Shown here: one piece after another, positions 37,516 through 47,310 of the stretch | Position numbering within the stretch: position 1 is the stretch's first letter | How the letters are laid out: the number at the start of each line of letters is the position of its first letter | NCBI GenBank assembly: GCA_043801445.1 | Contig: JAZDMB010000032.1 | Coordinates: 29,438 to 93,437 of the forward strand | Source of the DNA: Planctomycetota bacterium | GTDB taxonomy: Bacteria > Planctomycetota > MHYJ01 > JACQXL01 | DNA: 64,000 bases | Direction: 5' to 3' | Translations under genes and position numbers: made by a program | The notes under the pieces: model-generated | Told to the model about the DNA's origin: nothing | Seen by the model: the letters and a program-made list of their open reading frames with translations, nothing else | Databases searched by the model: none

Positions 37516-38493
37516 GTGTTTATACTTTCCTATATCGTGAAAAATAAGCAATTAACTGTTTCTCACCTGTTATCGGAACGTCCGGGGAGACAACTTTTAT
37601 CACTGCATAACTCGGACCGAATCGATAAAGAAATAATTCTATCCGATGTCCTTAAATGCGAACGAGTTGACTTATACAAAAAACCGGAAAGAATAGTTAC
37701 TCTTCCGGAACAGCTTCGTTTCCGTAATCTATTACAAAAATATGAACAAGGCTGTCCTGTAGCATATCTTACCGGTCATAAAGAATTTATGTCTCTTGAC
37801 TTTATCATAACCAAAGACGTTCTTATTCCACGCCCTGAAACAGAATTATTAGTTGAAGAAACTCTAAAATGCCTGGCGACCCCAGTCAAAACGAGTCTTT
37901 CGGGCTGGGGTCAGGCGGGCATCGGGCATAGTTACAAACCTCGTCTCGTTAGGGATAAAACAAAGATAACCATTTTAGATGTAGGAACGGGTTCGGGTAA
38001 TATCGCCATATCAATAGCAAAATATTGTTCTTTCGGAAAGTTACAAATATTTGCATCGGACATATCTAAAAAGTCATTAAAAATAGCATCCTTGAACGCC
38101 CGGCTTCATAAAGTCCAAAAACAAATCGGATTTTATTGCGGTGATTTATTTGAGGCATTTAATAATTTATCATTAAGAAATAAAACGGATATCATTGTAT
38201 CCAATCCTCCTTATATATCGGATAATGATTTCCACGAGTTACCGATAAGCGTCAGGAAATACGAACCGCAGATTGCTTTATTCAGCGGACCTGATGGATT
38301 ATCGCTTATACGAAAAATAATCAGTCAATCACTCCATTATCTCAAACCTCAAGGATACCTGTTATTGGAATTGGGCTTGGGTCAATCAAAAAAGGTTTTA
38401 AACATTATGAAATCTACCAACAAATTTAAGGATATAAAAGTACTGGTTGATTATAATAAAATCCCCCGTGTTCTTTGTGCCAGACGCAATTAG
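37516..38493 (+). CDS. prmC: Release-factor glutamine methyltransferase PrmC/HemK with an in-frame GC-rich insertion
   Basis: DVGTGSGNIA motif I and IIVSNPPYIS (NPPY). A ~30-aa extra segment, SLSGWGQAGIGHSYKPRLV, is encoded by a degenerate GTCAGGCGGG palindromic element at 37893-37945. Confidence 0.85.
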   Translation: MFILSYIVKNKQLTVSHLLSERPGRQLLSLHNSDRIDKEIILSDVLKCERVDLYKKPERIVTLPEQLRFRNLLQKYEQGCPVAYLTGHKEFMSLDFIITKDVLIPRPETELLVEETLKCLATPVKTSLSGWGQAGIGHSYKPRLVRDKTKITILDVGTGSGNIAISIAKYCSFGKLQIFASDISKKSLKIASLNARLHKVQKQIGFYCGDLFEAFNNLSLRNKTDIIVSNPPYISDNDFHELPISVRKYEPQIALFSGPDGLSLIRKIISQSLHYLKPQGYLLLELGLGQSKKVLNIMKSTNKFKDIKVLVDYNKIPRVLCARRN

Positions 38494-38706
38494 CTCAAAG
38501 ATAAATCCGCCACCAAGACGCCAAAAAAATAGTACTGGAGTACTTAGTACTAAAGTACTTCTTAGTGCCTTTGTGTCTTTGCCCCTACGGGACTTCTTCA
38601 CTGCTGTATCTCGTTAGGGATTGTGGCAAATTATCATAAATTTTAATGATTTTCTTGACGCTCTGAACTTATAGTGTTATTACCTTATAACTTAATATAG
38701 TTACTT

Positions 38707-38979
38707 ATGCAAGGAGGTGTATTAATGCCGACAACACAAGAAATCCAGGATAAGGTTATTGAGATTGTTTGCAAACAATTAGGTGTTGCCAAAGAAAAAG
38801 TATCAATCGCCACGTCATTTGTTAACGACTTGGGAGCTGATTCTCTCGATACCGTAGAATTAGTTATGGATTTGGAAGAATCATTCGGGATGTCCATTCC
38901 CGATGAAGAAGCCGAAAAGATCCAGACCGTTAGTGATGCGGTGAAATATATTGAGAACGCATTAGCGAGTAAAACTTAG
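38707..38979 (+). CDS. acpP: Acyl carrier protein
   Basis: [17 protein letters not shown]. Likely start at the Met at 38725 (MPTTQEIQ), preceded by AAGGAGG. Confidence 0.93.
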   Translation: MQGGVLMPTTQEIQDKVIEIVCKQLGVAKEKVSIATSFVNDLGADSLDTVELVMDLEESFGMSIPDEEAEKIQTVSDAVKYIENALASKT

Positions 38980-38989
38980 TCATTTATAA

Positions 38990-39045
38990 TAGGGCTTTAG
39001 TTAGTTTACAAATAATGTGGCTACTAAAGCCCTAATTAATTTATG
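38990..39045 (+). terminator. Rho-independent-type terminator after acpP
   Basis: 12-bp inverted repeat TAGGGCTTTAGT...ACTAAAGCCCTA followed by ATTAATTTAT. Confidence 0.5.
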
Positions 39046-39071
39046 GTTCGGGAGCCCGTCAGGAATATAAT

Positions 39072-40313
39072 ATGCAGAAACGAGTTGTCATTACCGGTTT
39101 AGGTTCGATTACTGCCCTGGGACTAAATCACGAAGAGATCTGGCAGTCGCTTTTAGCCGGCAAGAGCGGCGCGGCAAAAATCCAGTCTTTTGATACCACC
39201 GGCTTTGACGTCAATTTCGCCTGCGAAGTAAAGAATTTCAACTCTGATGCCTATTTCCCTGCGCCGGTTGCCAAGAGATCTGACCGTTTCGCGCAATTCG
39301 GACTCGCCTGCGCTATCCAGGCGGTCAAAGACGCCAATATTGATTTTACCAAATTTAATACGCAGCGTATCGGCTCCATTATCGGTTCCGGTATCGGCGG
39401 ATTTGTTGAATTCGGGGAACAGCAGACCAGATTAATCCAGAAAGGACCATCCCGTGTTTCGCCATTCACTATACCTAAAGTAATGATGAATTCGGCAGCC
39501 GGCCAGATTGCTATCAATTTCGGATTAAAAGGACCAAATTTTGCCGTGGCAAGCGCCTGCGCTTCTTCTAACCACGCCATCGGCATGGCATTCAAAATAA
39601 TCCAATCCGGAATGGCTGATGTCATAATTACCGGAGGCGCCGAAGCCGCCATTACCCCATTAGGCATCGCCGGTTTTGCATCGCTCAAAGCGCTGTCCAC
39701 CCGCAATGACGCGCCTGAAAAAGCATCGCGTCCTTTTGACAAAAACCGCGATGGTTTTGTTATGGGCGAAGGCAGCGGGATTTTAATAATGGAATCATTG
39801 GAATTTGCGCTGGCCCGGGGCGCCAGAATCTATGCCGAAATGCTCGGTTTCGGAATGAACGACGACGCTTATCATATTACCGCACCTGACCCCGAAGGCG
39901 ACGGCGCTATGATGACTATGAAACTCGCTTTAGACGATGCCGGACTTAAACCGCAGGATGTTTCATATATCAATGCCCACGGCACATCCACACTCTATAA
40001 CGATTTAACCGAAACCAAAGCCATAAAAAAACTATTCGGCGAACACGCCAAAAAAGTGGCTATCAGCTCGACCAAATCGATGATAGGCCATTTACTGGGC
40101 GGTTCCGGTTCGGCTGAACTCGTCGCCACCATATTAAGCATCAGAGACAATATCGTCCATCCCACCATCAATTACGAAACCCCTGACCCGGAATGCGACC
40201 TGGATTATGTCCCGAATACAGCCAGAAAAATGGAAGTAAAAATAGCGCTTTCTAATTCATTCGGCTTCGGCGGACATAATGCCACTCTGGCAGTGGGAAA
40301 ATACCACTCGTAA
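39072..40313 (+). CDS. fabF: 3-oxoacyl-ACP synthase II
   Basis: Ketosynthase fold throughout, with active-site Cys in AVASACASS and the HGTSTLYND / GHLLGGSG motifs. Confidence 0.93.
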   Translation: MQKRVVITGLGSITALGLNHEEIWQSLLAGKSGAAKIQSFDTTGFDVNFACEVKNFNSDAYFPAPVAKRSDRFAQFGLACAIQAVKDANIDFTKFNTQRIGSIIGSGIGGFVEFGEQQTRLIQKGPSRVSPFTIPKVMMNSAAGQIAINFGLKGPNFAVASACASSNHAIGMAFKIIQSGMADVIITGGAEAAITPLGIAGFASLKALSTRNDAPEKASRPFDKNRDGFVMGEGSGILIMESLEFALARGARIYAEMLGFGMNDDAYHITAPDPEGDGAMMTMKLALDDAGLKPQDVSYINAHGTSTLYNDLTETKAIKKLFGEHAKKVAISSTKSMIGHLLGGSGSAELVATILSIRDNIVHPTINYETPDPECDLDYVPNTARKMEVKIALSNSFGFGGHNATLAVGKYHS

Positions 40314-40438
40314 AAATAGAACCACAGGTAGCACCAAGATGTTAAGTTAAAGCTTAAAAGTCCTAACTTTTTACTTTTAACTTCCTACTTCTACTGTCCC
40401 CTTGACATACCCGGCTGGATTATGTTTAATTAGTCAGT

Positions 40439-41854
40439 ATGAAAAAACTGATTATCGTTCTAATCGGAATAATACTTCTTGTCGGATGCAGCACCACATC
40501 ACCAAAAGAAACTGTTATTAAGAAAATCCAACAATTTCTGCCCAGCGTTAAAGGACTACCGCCAGATTTAGATAAAGAAGAAACCTTAATCGGTCATTTT
40601 GCTGACCCCAATCCAGCTTTATTTACGGGAGGACTTTCCGGATGTGATATATATCTTTTCCCTGATAAAACATATTTCTATATTGACTGGGCTGATATCT
40701 CTCCGGAACATATTGCTGATAAAGGTATCTGGATCTATAAAAATGGGCTTTTAACCCTTCAATCCGACAATCTTATTCCGAAGAAATATCAACCAAAAGA
40801 GAAGAATTATATTCCAATGTTATTCCCATATAAAGGGAAAGACTGGTTCCTTATTATGGGACTTGAAAGAGAATTTTCTTATTATAAAGAGGAAGCAGCT
40901 AAGGATAATGATGAGTCGCAGTTATTGGTATGCACATTGGGAAAATTAGAAACTATTACAAATGACTTGAAGGGAAAATTATTCACGAAGTATTGGCGGT
41001 CATGGTTTTGGTTGGACTTGAAACTTGACGAATTGCTCGAGTTAAATAATAAAACCATCAAACTTAACCAGAAAGACACCATTGCTTGGTATATCAAAGG
41101 CGATACCTTGTGCACATTAGGACGGTATAAAGAATCTATTGAGGCATTTGATGAGGCAATAAAACTTTCCCCGGAACTATTTGATGCGTGGTATTATCGG
41201 GCGCGCTTATATTCGCTTCAAAAAGACAAGCAAAAATCTCTTAGCGATTTAGCCCAAGCCATAAGTTTGGAGGTCGAACTCAAAGAAAAAGCCAAAAACG
41301 ACCACTATTTTAAATGGCTCTGGGGGAATGAGGAATTTAAAAATATAACTTTTATTGCCGGTTATGAATTATGCGAGGCTGCCTTACAAGCCATTGCAGA
41401 AAACCGTTTCGATGAAGCTAAGGAACTCTGTAATAACGCGCTTAAATCTAATCCTGCCTTTGACAAAGAGTTATGTAATACATGGTGGAACAAGGGTTAT
41501 GAATTTGAAAGTACCGGACTCCTTGAAAAAGCGCTTGTATGTTATGACAATGCATCGGAATGCTACCCCAAAGACATTTTTATATTGTTCAACAAAGTGG
41601 AAATCTTAAATAAGTTGGGAAAATATGATGAAGCAATCAAGGTGTATGGCAAAGCCATAGAACTTGAACCTAAAAAGTCTGGCGCTTGGTTTAGGAGGGC
41701 TCGTATTTATTCACTCAAAAAGGACAAAACAAATACCCTTAACGATTTAGCAAAAGCAATAAGCTTGGAAGCTAAATTGAAAGTCGAAGTAAAAAAAGAC
41801 AAGAATTTCCAATGGCTCTGGGAAGATGAGGAATTTAAGAAACTAACCCAATAA
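40439..41854 (+). CDS. TPR-containing lipoprotein with an internal duplication
   Basis: Lipobox LLVGCS. Duplicated segment DAWYYRARLYSLQKDKQKSLSDLAQAISLEVELKEKAKNDHYFKWLWGNEEFK / GAWFRRARIYSLKKDKTNTLNDLAKAISLEAKLKVEVKKDKNFQWLWEDEEFK. Confidence 0.7.
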   Translation: MKKLIIVLIGIILLVGCSTTSPKETVIKKIQQFLPSVKGLPPDLDKEETLIGHFADPNPALFTGGLSGCDIYLFPDKTYFYIDWADISPEHIADKGIWIYKNGLLTLQSDNLIPKKYQPKEKNYIPMLFPYKGKDWFLIMGLEREFSYYKEEAAKDNDESQLLVCTLGKLETITNDLKGKLFTKYWRSWFWLDLKLDELLELNNKTIKLNQKDTIAWYIKGDTLCTLGRYKESIEAFDEAIKLSPELFDAWYYRARLYSLQKDKQKSLSDLAQAISLEVELKEKAKNDHYFKWLWGNEEFKNITFIAGYELCEAALQAIAENRFDEAKELCNNALKSNPAFDKELCNTWWNKGYEFESTGLLEKALVCYDNASECYPKDIFILFNKVEILNKLGKYDEAIKVYGKAIELEPKKSGAWFRRARIYSLKKDKTNTLNDLAKAISLEAKLKVEVKKDKNFQWLWEDEEFKKLTQ

Positions 41855-41899
41855 TTTCTACCACAAAGAACACCGAATCTCTGTGCGCTCTGTGTCTCT

Positions 41900-42859
41900 G
41901 TGGCTACGAATTTTCTTTCTATTATGACAAAATCTCCCTGCGAAAGATATTACGACCGCGTGGCTCATTCGTATGACGACTCCTACTCCACGAACCCTGA
42001 CGGGTTCTCTGAGCGAGGACCCGGAACGGGCAAAAACCCTTATTGGGATTTCTATAACGCAGTCACTTGGCATAACCTGAAAAAATATCTGCCCCAATTG
42101 AAAGGCAGACGGATATTGGATATCGGCGGCGGCACGGGCCTGTGGGCTTTGAAACTCGCTAAATCAGGTTTTGAGGTTACGCTGGCGGATATCTCCCAGA
42201 AGATGCTGGACATGGCTCTTAACAAAGCAGAAAAAGCGAACCTCTCATCAAAGATTACATTTGTCAAAGCGGATATCTGCGACCTATCGGTGTTTGAAGA
42301 GAAAACCTTTGATATGGTATTAGCCCAGGGCGACCCGCTCTCGTGTTGTGAAAATCCTTATCAGGCAGTCAAGGAAGCCTATCGCATACTCAAAGACAAG
42401 GGATTCTTTATCGCCTCGGTGGACAATAAATACAGCGGGATGAAAGTGTTTTTAGAACAAAATAAGATAGATGAATTGGAAGAATTCATCAAAAGCGGCA
42501 AGACCAAATGGTTCACCAATGACATCAACGAACAATACCCGATTACCTATTTCACGCCGGCCCAATTAAAGAAATTATTTACCGGAAACGGATTTGAGGT
42601 ATTGACAATCATCGGCAAGACCGTATTACCTATCAGGCAGAATAGCGTCCCGATGCTCCGATACGGGACGCTCCGTATCCGCTCCGATGCTCACGAGCGG
42701 AGCGCCCCATATCCGAAGGCATCGGGACGAAGGCATCGGAGCGAGATATTAAAAGACCGTTCAGCATTTGACAGATTATTGAAATTGGAATTGCAACTCC
42801 ATTCCGAAGAAGCATTATTAGGTTCAGCCGGCCATCTGGAAATCACCGGGCGAAAGTAG
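41900..42859 (+). CDS. Class I SAM-dependent methyltransferase with a repeat-encoded C-terminal extension
   Basis: Motif I ILDIGGGTGLWALKLAKSGFEVTLADIS. The last ~70 codons overlap nested CCCGATGC-type palindromes at 42640-42745. Confidence 0.75.
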   Translation: MATNFLSIMTKSPCERYYDRVAHSYDDSYSTNPDGFSERGPGTGKNPYWDFYNAVTWHNLKKYLPQLKGRRILDIGGGTGLWALKLAKSGFEVTLADISQKMLDMALNKAEKANLSSKITFVKADICDLSVFEEKTFDMVLAQGDPLSCCENPYQAVKEAYRILKDKGFFIASVDNKYSGMKVFLEQNKIDELEEFIKSGKTKWFTNDINEQYPITYFTPAQLKKLFTGNGFEVLTIIGKTVLPIRQNSVPMLRYGTLRIRSDAHERSAPYPKASGRRHRSEILKDRSAFDRLLKLELQLHSEEALLGSAGHLEITGRK

Positions 42860-42906
42860 AAACCGGAGCTACTGCCTCCCGTAGAGACAAATAACACGGA
42901 GTATTT

Positions 42907-42973
42907 TATAAGGAATCCAGGAATTCAGGAAAATTAATCTTGGTTTCATGGTCTCCTTATAGAAATTATCTGC
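42907..42973. mobile_element. MITE-like element copy 2
   Basis: TATAAGGAATCCAGGAATTCAGGAAAATTAATCTTGGTTTCATGGTCTCCTTATAGAA. Confidence 0.6.
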
Positions 42974-43056
42974 CTGCCTACTTGGTGTAATCTGTGGCTA
43001 ATCTACGTTTCTTCTCTTTAACCTACCTTCTACATACTATATACTACATACTAATA

Positions 43057-44352
43057 TTAAATATTATCCCCGCAGACCCAGCCTGTAGAAAAAGCCGCCT
43101 GCATATTATATCCGCCTGTCTTGGCATCTATATCTATTACCTCGCCTGCGAAAAAGAGTCCCCTGACAATCCTTGACTCCATTGTCTTTGGGTTTATCTC
43201 CTTTGTATCCACCCCGCCTCTGGTAACTATCGCCTCGCTGATAGGCATCACGCCTTCAACCGTTAATCTCAACCCGAACAACCCCTCTATCAGACTTTTA
43301 CGTTCCTCGGCAGTAACCTGATTTGCGCCCTTATTACCATCCAACTTGCAATATTCAATAAACCGCGCGATTAGACCGCCGGGCAGAAGGTTCTTGAATA
43401 TATTCTTTATACCCTTATTCGGAGCCGCCTTGAATTCGCGTAACAACCTCGCATCAAGTATTTTATAATCCAGCGCGGGCTTAAAATTAATGGATATTGA
43501 CACCTTATTCTCCTGCCCGACCTTTCGGTCCCCGCCCGGATGAACATCCGTTCGGACGGGGTTCGGGCGGGTAAGTGCCAGTGCGTCATATACCGCGGCG
43601 CTTATGTCAAGCACAATCGGACCTGATATTCCGAAATGAGTAAAAAGCATCTCTCCGAACCGCTCATCAACCGGCTTATTATCAGCGAATAGCGTCAGAC
43701 GCACGTTCTTGAGCGAGATACCCTGCCAATCATTGATAAACCGCTCCTTGATGCGCACCGCAGACAGCGCCGGTTTCAAGGAAACTATCCGGTGCCCTAA
43801 TTTCTCAGCCAGTTTATAACCGTCGCCGGTTGAGCCGGTCTGCGGATACGAAAGCCCGCCTGTGGTAATGGCGATATGCGATGACGGAAATAACTTACCT
43901 GAAACTGTTTGAAGACCCTTTACACGTTTGCCCTCTGCAACCACATCCTTCACCCGTTCGCCTGACAGGATTACGATATTCTTATTATTTAATTTAGATT
44001 TCAGGACATCCAGGATATCGGCTGAAAGATTACTTATTGGGAATACGCGGCCGCCCCGTTCGGTCTTGAGTTTCAGACCCGCATCCTCAAAGAATGAAAT
44101 CAGGTCGGTGTTAAAGAACCTGGCGAAAGCGTTCCTCAGGAAATCGCGTGATTCCGAAAACTCAGCCAAAAACCCGTTGATATCGCCTGAATTAGTAAGA
44201 TTACAGCGTCCCTTACCGGAGATGAGCAGTTTCCGGCCCGGAGACTCATTGCGTTCAATCAAGAGGACTTTCCTGCCCCGTTCCGAGGCTCGGATAGAAG
44301 CCATCATCCCGGCCGGACCGGCGCCGATAACAATCGCATCAAACTGATTCAT
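43057..44352 (-). CDS. HI0933-family FAD-dependent flavoprotein (BaiN / aminoacetone-oxidase-like)
   Basis: DAIVIGAGPAGMMASIRASERGRKVLLIERNESPGRKLLISGKGRCNLTN. A nested GC-rich palindromic element is read through in-frame at 43512-43572. Confidence 0.85.
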   Translation of the reverse strand: MNQFDAIVIGAGPAGMMASIRASERGRKVLLIERNESPGRKLLISGKGRCNLTNSGDINGFLAEFSESRDFLRNAFARFFNTDLISFFEDAGLKLKTERGGRVFPISNLSADILDVLKSKLNNKNIVILSGERVKDVVAEGKRVKGLQTVSGKLFPSSHIAITTGGLSYPQTGSTGDGYKLAEKLGHRIVSLKPALSAVRIKERFINDWQGISLKNVRLTLFADNKPVDERFGEMLFTHFGISGPIVLDISAAVYDALALTRPNPVRTDVHPGGDRKVGQENKVSISINFKPALDYKILDARLLREFKAAPNKGIKNIFKNLLPGGLIARFIEYCKLDGNKGANQVTAEERKSLIEGLFGLRLTVEGVMPISEAIVTRGGVDTKEINPKTMESRIVRGLFFAGEVIDIDAKTGGYNMQAAFSTGWVCGDNI

Positions 44353-44883
44353 AGGAAAAGTTAACCACTCCCGACAAAGTCTGTCGGGATCCCGTTGTAG
44401 CCCACTTGGATAGCCCAGCGGGAAAAGACATTCACCCCGTTAGAAATTATTGTTACAGGGTAATGATAAGAATAATATAAAGTTTGTTAGTGTAATACTA
44501 TTTATTTTAGATATTTATTTCTTCGGATGCAGTCTTCTTCTTGCTACCCTGTGCCATAGGCACCTGCCCGACCGTCAGGCGGGGATCCGCCTCTGGCGGA
44601 AACGAGGCAGGGCACTCAAAGGATTAAAACTATTTTTTTTCCTTGACGCCCCAGCGGACTAGCAGACAGGTTTATCTGTTCATCAGTTTACTCACTTTCT
44701 ATCTCTACAACTGGATATAAGTAACGGGTTTGTGACTTATCCGGCAGATATGAAAAATGGCGGTTTTGTATAAACTCTTGATTTGAAATGAATTAAGAAA
44801 AATAAAAAAATATGCAAAAATCCGAAAATAGCGCTCTCTGTTACTTATGGGAACCTATCCACTACGGGATTCTACCCTACCTA

Positions 44884-45062
44884 CCTATGGTTATATGGGG
44901 TATATCCACTAGTTAGTAGGGATACCTCCTATGGTTATACGGGATACCTCCTATGGTTATATGGGATACTACCTATGGTTATATGGCATACTCCCTATGG
45001 TTATATGGGATACCACCTATGGTTATTAGGGATACTACCTATGGTTATATGGGATACCTCTA
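44884..45062. repeat. Direct tandem array A, ~8 x 22 bp (GGGATACCTCCTATGGTTATAT)
   Basis: Read directly from sequence. Bounded by CCCTACCTACC (44874-44884) and its inverse GGTAGGTAGGG (45088-45098). Confidence 0.9.
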
Positions 45063-45139
45063 CTGGAGGGTACGATATCCCCCCTGGGTAGGTAGGGTAA
45101 TATAGGGGGGAGGTAGGGGGATGGGTAATTTTCTTATTT

Positions 45140-45462
45140 TTATCAGGGCTATATTTCTCGGCAGTCGGGTATATGTTCCTTGGATTGGCAGGATATGTTT
45201 CCGGGCTGAAAGGCATCTGTTTCGTGGCTCAATGGTGTATGTTTCCCGGCTCAAAGGCGTATATTTCCGTGCCGAAAGGGGTATGTTTATTACTGATAAC
45301 TAGTATGTATCCCGGCTCAGAGGGGTATGTATTTTGGCTTAACCCTCTATGTTTCTTGGGTATAAGGTATATATTTCAGGACTAAAGAGGGTATATTTCT
45401 TGGCTTAGGGGAGTATGTTTATTGGCTCAAGGGGATATGTTTCGTGGCTTGGAGGTATGTGA
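45140..45462. repeat. Direct tandem array B, ~14 x 22 bp (GGCTCAAAGGGGTATGTTTCNT)
   Basis: Read directly. Ends in GGGATACCCTACCCCCCACCACCCC. Confidence 0.9.
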
Positions 45463-45534
45463 TGGGATACCCTACCCCCCACCACCCCTATATACTATAT
45501 ACTATGTTCTATATACTGAATTTCAATTTTCCAC

Positions 45535-45563
45535 TTGACAGATTATAAATGCAAGAGTATATT
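45535..45563 (+). promoter_or_regulatory. Sigma70-like promoter (TTGACA-N17-TATATT) for the 45618 gene
   Basis: Consensus -35, 17-nt spacer, good -10. Sits 55 bp upstream of the ATG, with GGAGG RBS at 45607. Confidence 0.5.
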
Positions 45564-45617
45564 TACAGCATTCCGAAGGCTAGTGTTACCGGAATTCACT
45601 AAAAATGGAGGTGTGAT

Positions 45618-46748
45618 ATGAAAACAGATAATCATAAATTCAAGATAATAGGGTTGCCGATTTTAATTGTTAGTGTTAGCATAATGTTCTGCTTTTTTAT
45701 ATCCAATTATAATTATGCAACTGAAGATAAAAAAGTGGAAGTTTTAACTGTTCCACCATCACAGTTTTGTGAATCTTATCCGGTTGCTTGCAGGTATGTT
45801 GAATGGATTCGTCTTAAGCTCAAAGGGAAATATGATATGGATAAATACGGAAGAGACAAATTAAAATTACTACATATAGTCCATGTGGTATTCACAGAAA
45901 TAGATACCGCTGGTAGTACTATGAACCAAAAAGAAGGATGCTACACGGATTTCGTAGCTTCGATAGGATTAAGAAGTAGTGTAGAAAAATTCGTTGATAA
46001 GATTTTCAATAAGAACGATTCTTCTCCTGAAGAAATAAGATTCCTTGAGATTTTTAATGAAGAGATTTATCGTGGCGGACCTGCACTTGAATATTTATGG
46101 CCAACACCTATGCGGAAATCTACTAAAGAGGAATATCAAGACAGGATAAAACAGGCTTGGCAAAAACTTAGGACTATTCAAAATGAACTATCAAATCTTA
46201 TAAGTGATACGCTTGTTACCACTATAAAAATAGATTCTCCTAATAGAAAACTTCTTCCTTTGATGTATCTGCTTCAAGCATATAATTACGGCTGGCTGGA
46301 AGAATACAAGCAAGCCATAGCAACATATGACAAAATAATAAATTATGATATGGAAGGATTTGACGACTATAAATTAACCGCGATGTTTAATAAAGCAAGA
46401 TGTGTGGGAGCATTATCAAAGGATTATGAGATACAAAATAGATATGGAGGCCTATGGAATTTTATGCCTTATAAAACATGGCATTGGTATAAAGACAAAG
46501 AAGGGAATCATATATCAAATTATTATTATGATATAGCTGTTCTATCGCGGTGTAAAGAAGCCAATGCGGTTTATGAAGAAATTTTAAAGAATTACAAACA
46601 TCTTTCAAAGACAAGAAGGGCTATTTTTATATGGATACAGGAAATAATGGCTGGGAAACCATTGCCTGAGTTATACTCTTCTCCTCCAATAGAAGACGCT
46701 AACAGCGATAAACCAGAACAACCCGAAAACAAAGATACCAATAAATAA
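45618..46748 (+). CDS. Hypothetical membrane-anchored protein
   Basis: Single N-terminal TM (IIGLPILIVSVSIMFCFFI). 376 aa with no recognisable motif. Sits behind a strong sigma70-like promoter and the double tandem array. Confidence 0.6.
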   Translation: MKTDNHKFKIIGLPILIVSVSIMFCFFISNYNYATEDKKVEVLTVPPSQFCESYPVACRYVEWIRLKLKGKYDMDKYGRDKLKLLHIVHVVFTEIDTAGSTMNQKEGCYTDFVASIGLRSSVEKFVDKIFNKNDSSPEEIRFLEIFNEEIYRGGPALEYLWPTPMRKSTKEEYQDRIKQAWQKLRTIQNELSNLISDTLVTTIKIDSPNRKLLPLMYLLQAYNYGWLEEYKQAIATYDKIINYDMEGFDDYKLTAMFNKARCVGALSKDYEIQNRYGGLWNFMPYKTWHWYKDKEGNHISNYYYDIAVLSRCKEANAVYEEILKNYKHLSKTRRAIFIWIQEIMAGKPLPELYSSPPIEDANSDKPEQPENKDTNK

Positions 46749-46798
46749 CGGTAAGACATACCGTAGGCTGAATGGAGGATATGGTGTGTTATGAGATA

Positions 46799-47206
46799 TC
46801 AGCTTTCAAGGATAATAATCGCTGCGGCGTAATCCCGGGTGTGGGTCAGTGAGAGATGGAACCGGGTTACTTTGAGTTTTCGGCAAATTGATTTGGCTTT
46901 ACCAGAGAGTCTTAGATTTGGGATTTGAGATTTGGGGTTTGGAATTTTATTGATAACCTCTATCTCTGTCCAGTATGGTGAGTTCTTTGCACCCCAGCCG
47001 GTACCGATTGCCTTAAGGAACGCTTCCTTAGCCGCAAACCGGACGGCAAAATGCTGATATGAAGCCTCCCCCTTGTGTTTCAGGCAATATTTTATTTCAG
47101 ACGGAGTAAAGATTCTTTCCAGAAACTTTTTACCCTGTCTTTGCATTACCTGCTTGAATCTGTTAATCTCAACTAAATCAATTCCGATACCTTTAATCAT
47201 ATTCAT
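46799..47206 (-). CDS. acpS: Holo-ACP synthase (4'-phosphopantetheinyl transferase)
   Basis: GIGIDLVEINRF...FAAKEAFLKAIGTG. An in-frame insertion KIPNPKSQIPNLRLS is encoded by a GATTTGGG-type microsatellite. Confidence 0.85.
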   Translation of the reverse strand: MNMIKGIGIDLVEINRFKQVMQRQGKKFLERIFTPSEIKYCLKHKGEASYQHFAVRFAAKEAFLKAIGTGWGAKNSPYWTEIEVINKIPNPKSQIPNLRLSGKAKSICRKLKVTRFHLSLTHTRDYAAAIIILES

Positions 47207-47232
47207 TATAGTAAGAAAACTTCGTAACTTCC

Positions 47233-47305
47233 ACCGCAGAGACGCGGAGTGCGCAGAGTGAAAAACAATAAAATTCTCTGTGTTCTCTGTGCCTCTGTGG
47301 TGAAT
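47233..47305. repeat. Heptad hairpin element (CGCAGAG-type left arm, CTCTGTG-type right arm)
   Basis: CCACCGCAGAGACGCGGAGTGCGCAGAGTG...CTCTGTGTTCTCTGTGCCTCTGTGGTG. Confidence 0.8.
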
Positions 47306-47310
47306 ATTGG

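Noticed and set aside
44353-45617. Firm call of the chromosomal oriC
   Set aside because: Only two approximate DnaA-box-like TATCCAC motifs, and no dnaA or dnaN in the window. The 22-bp arrays are not a known oriC architecture. Kept as a hypothesis only.
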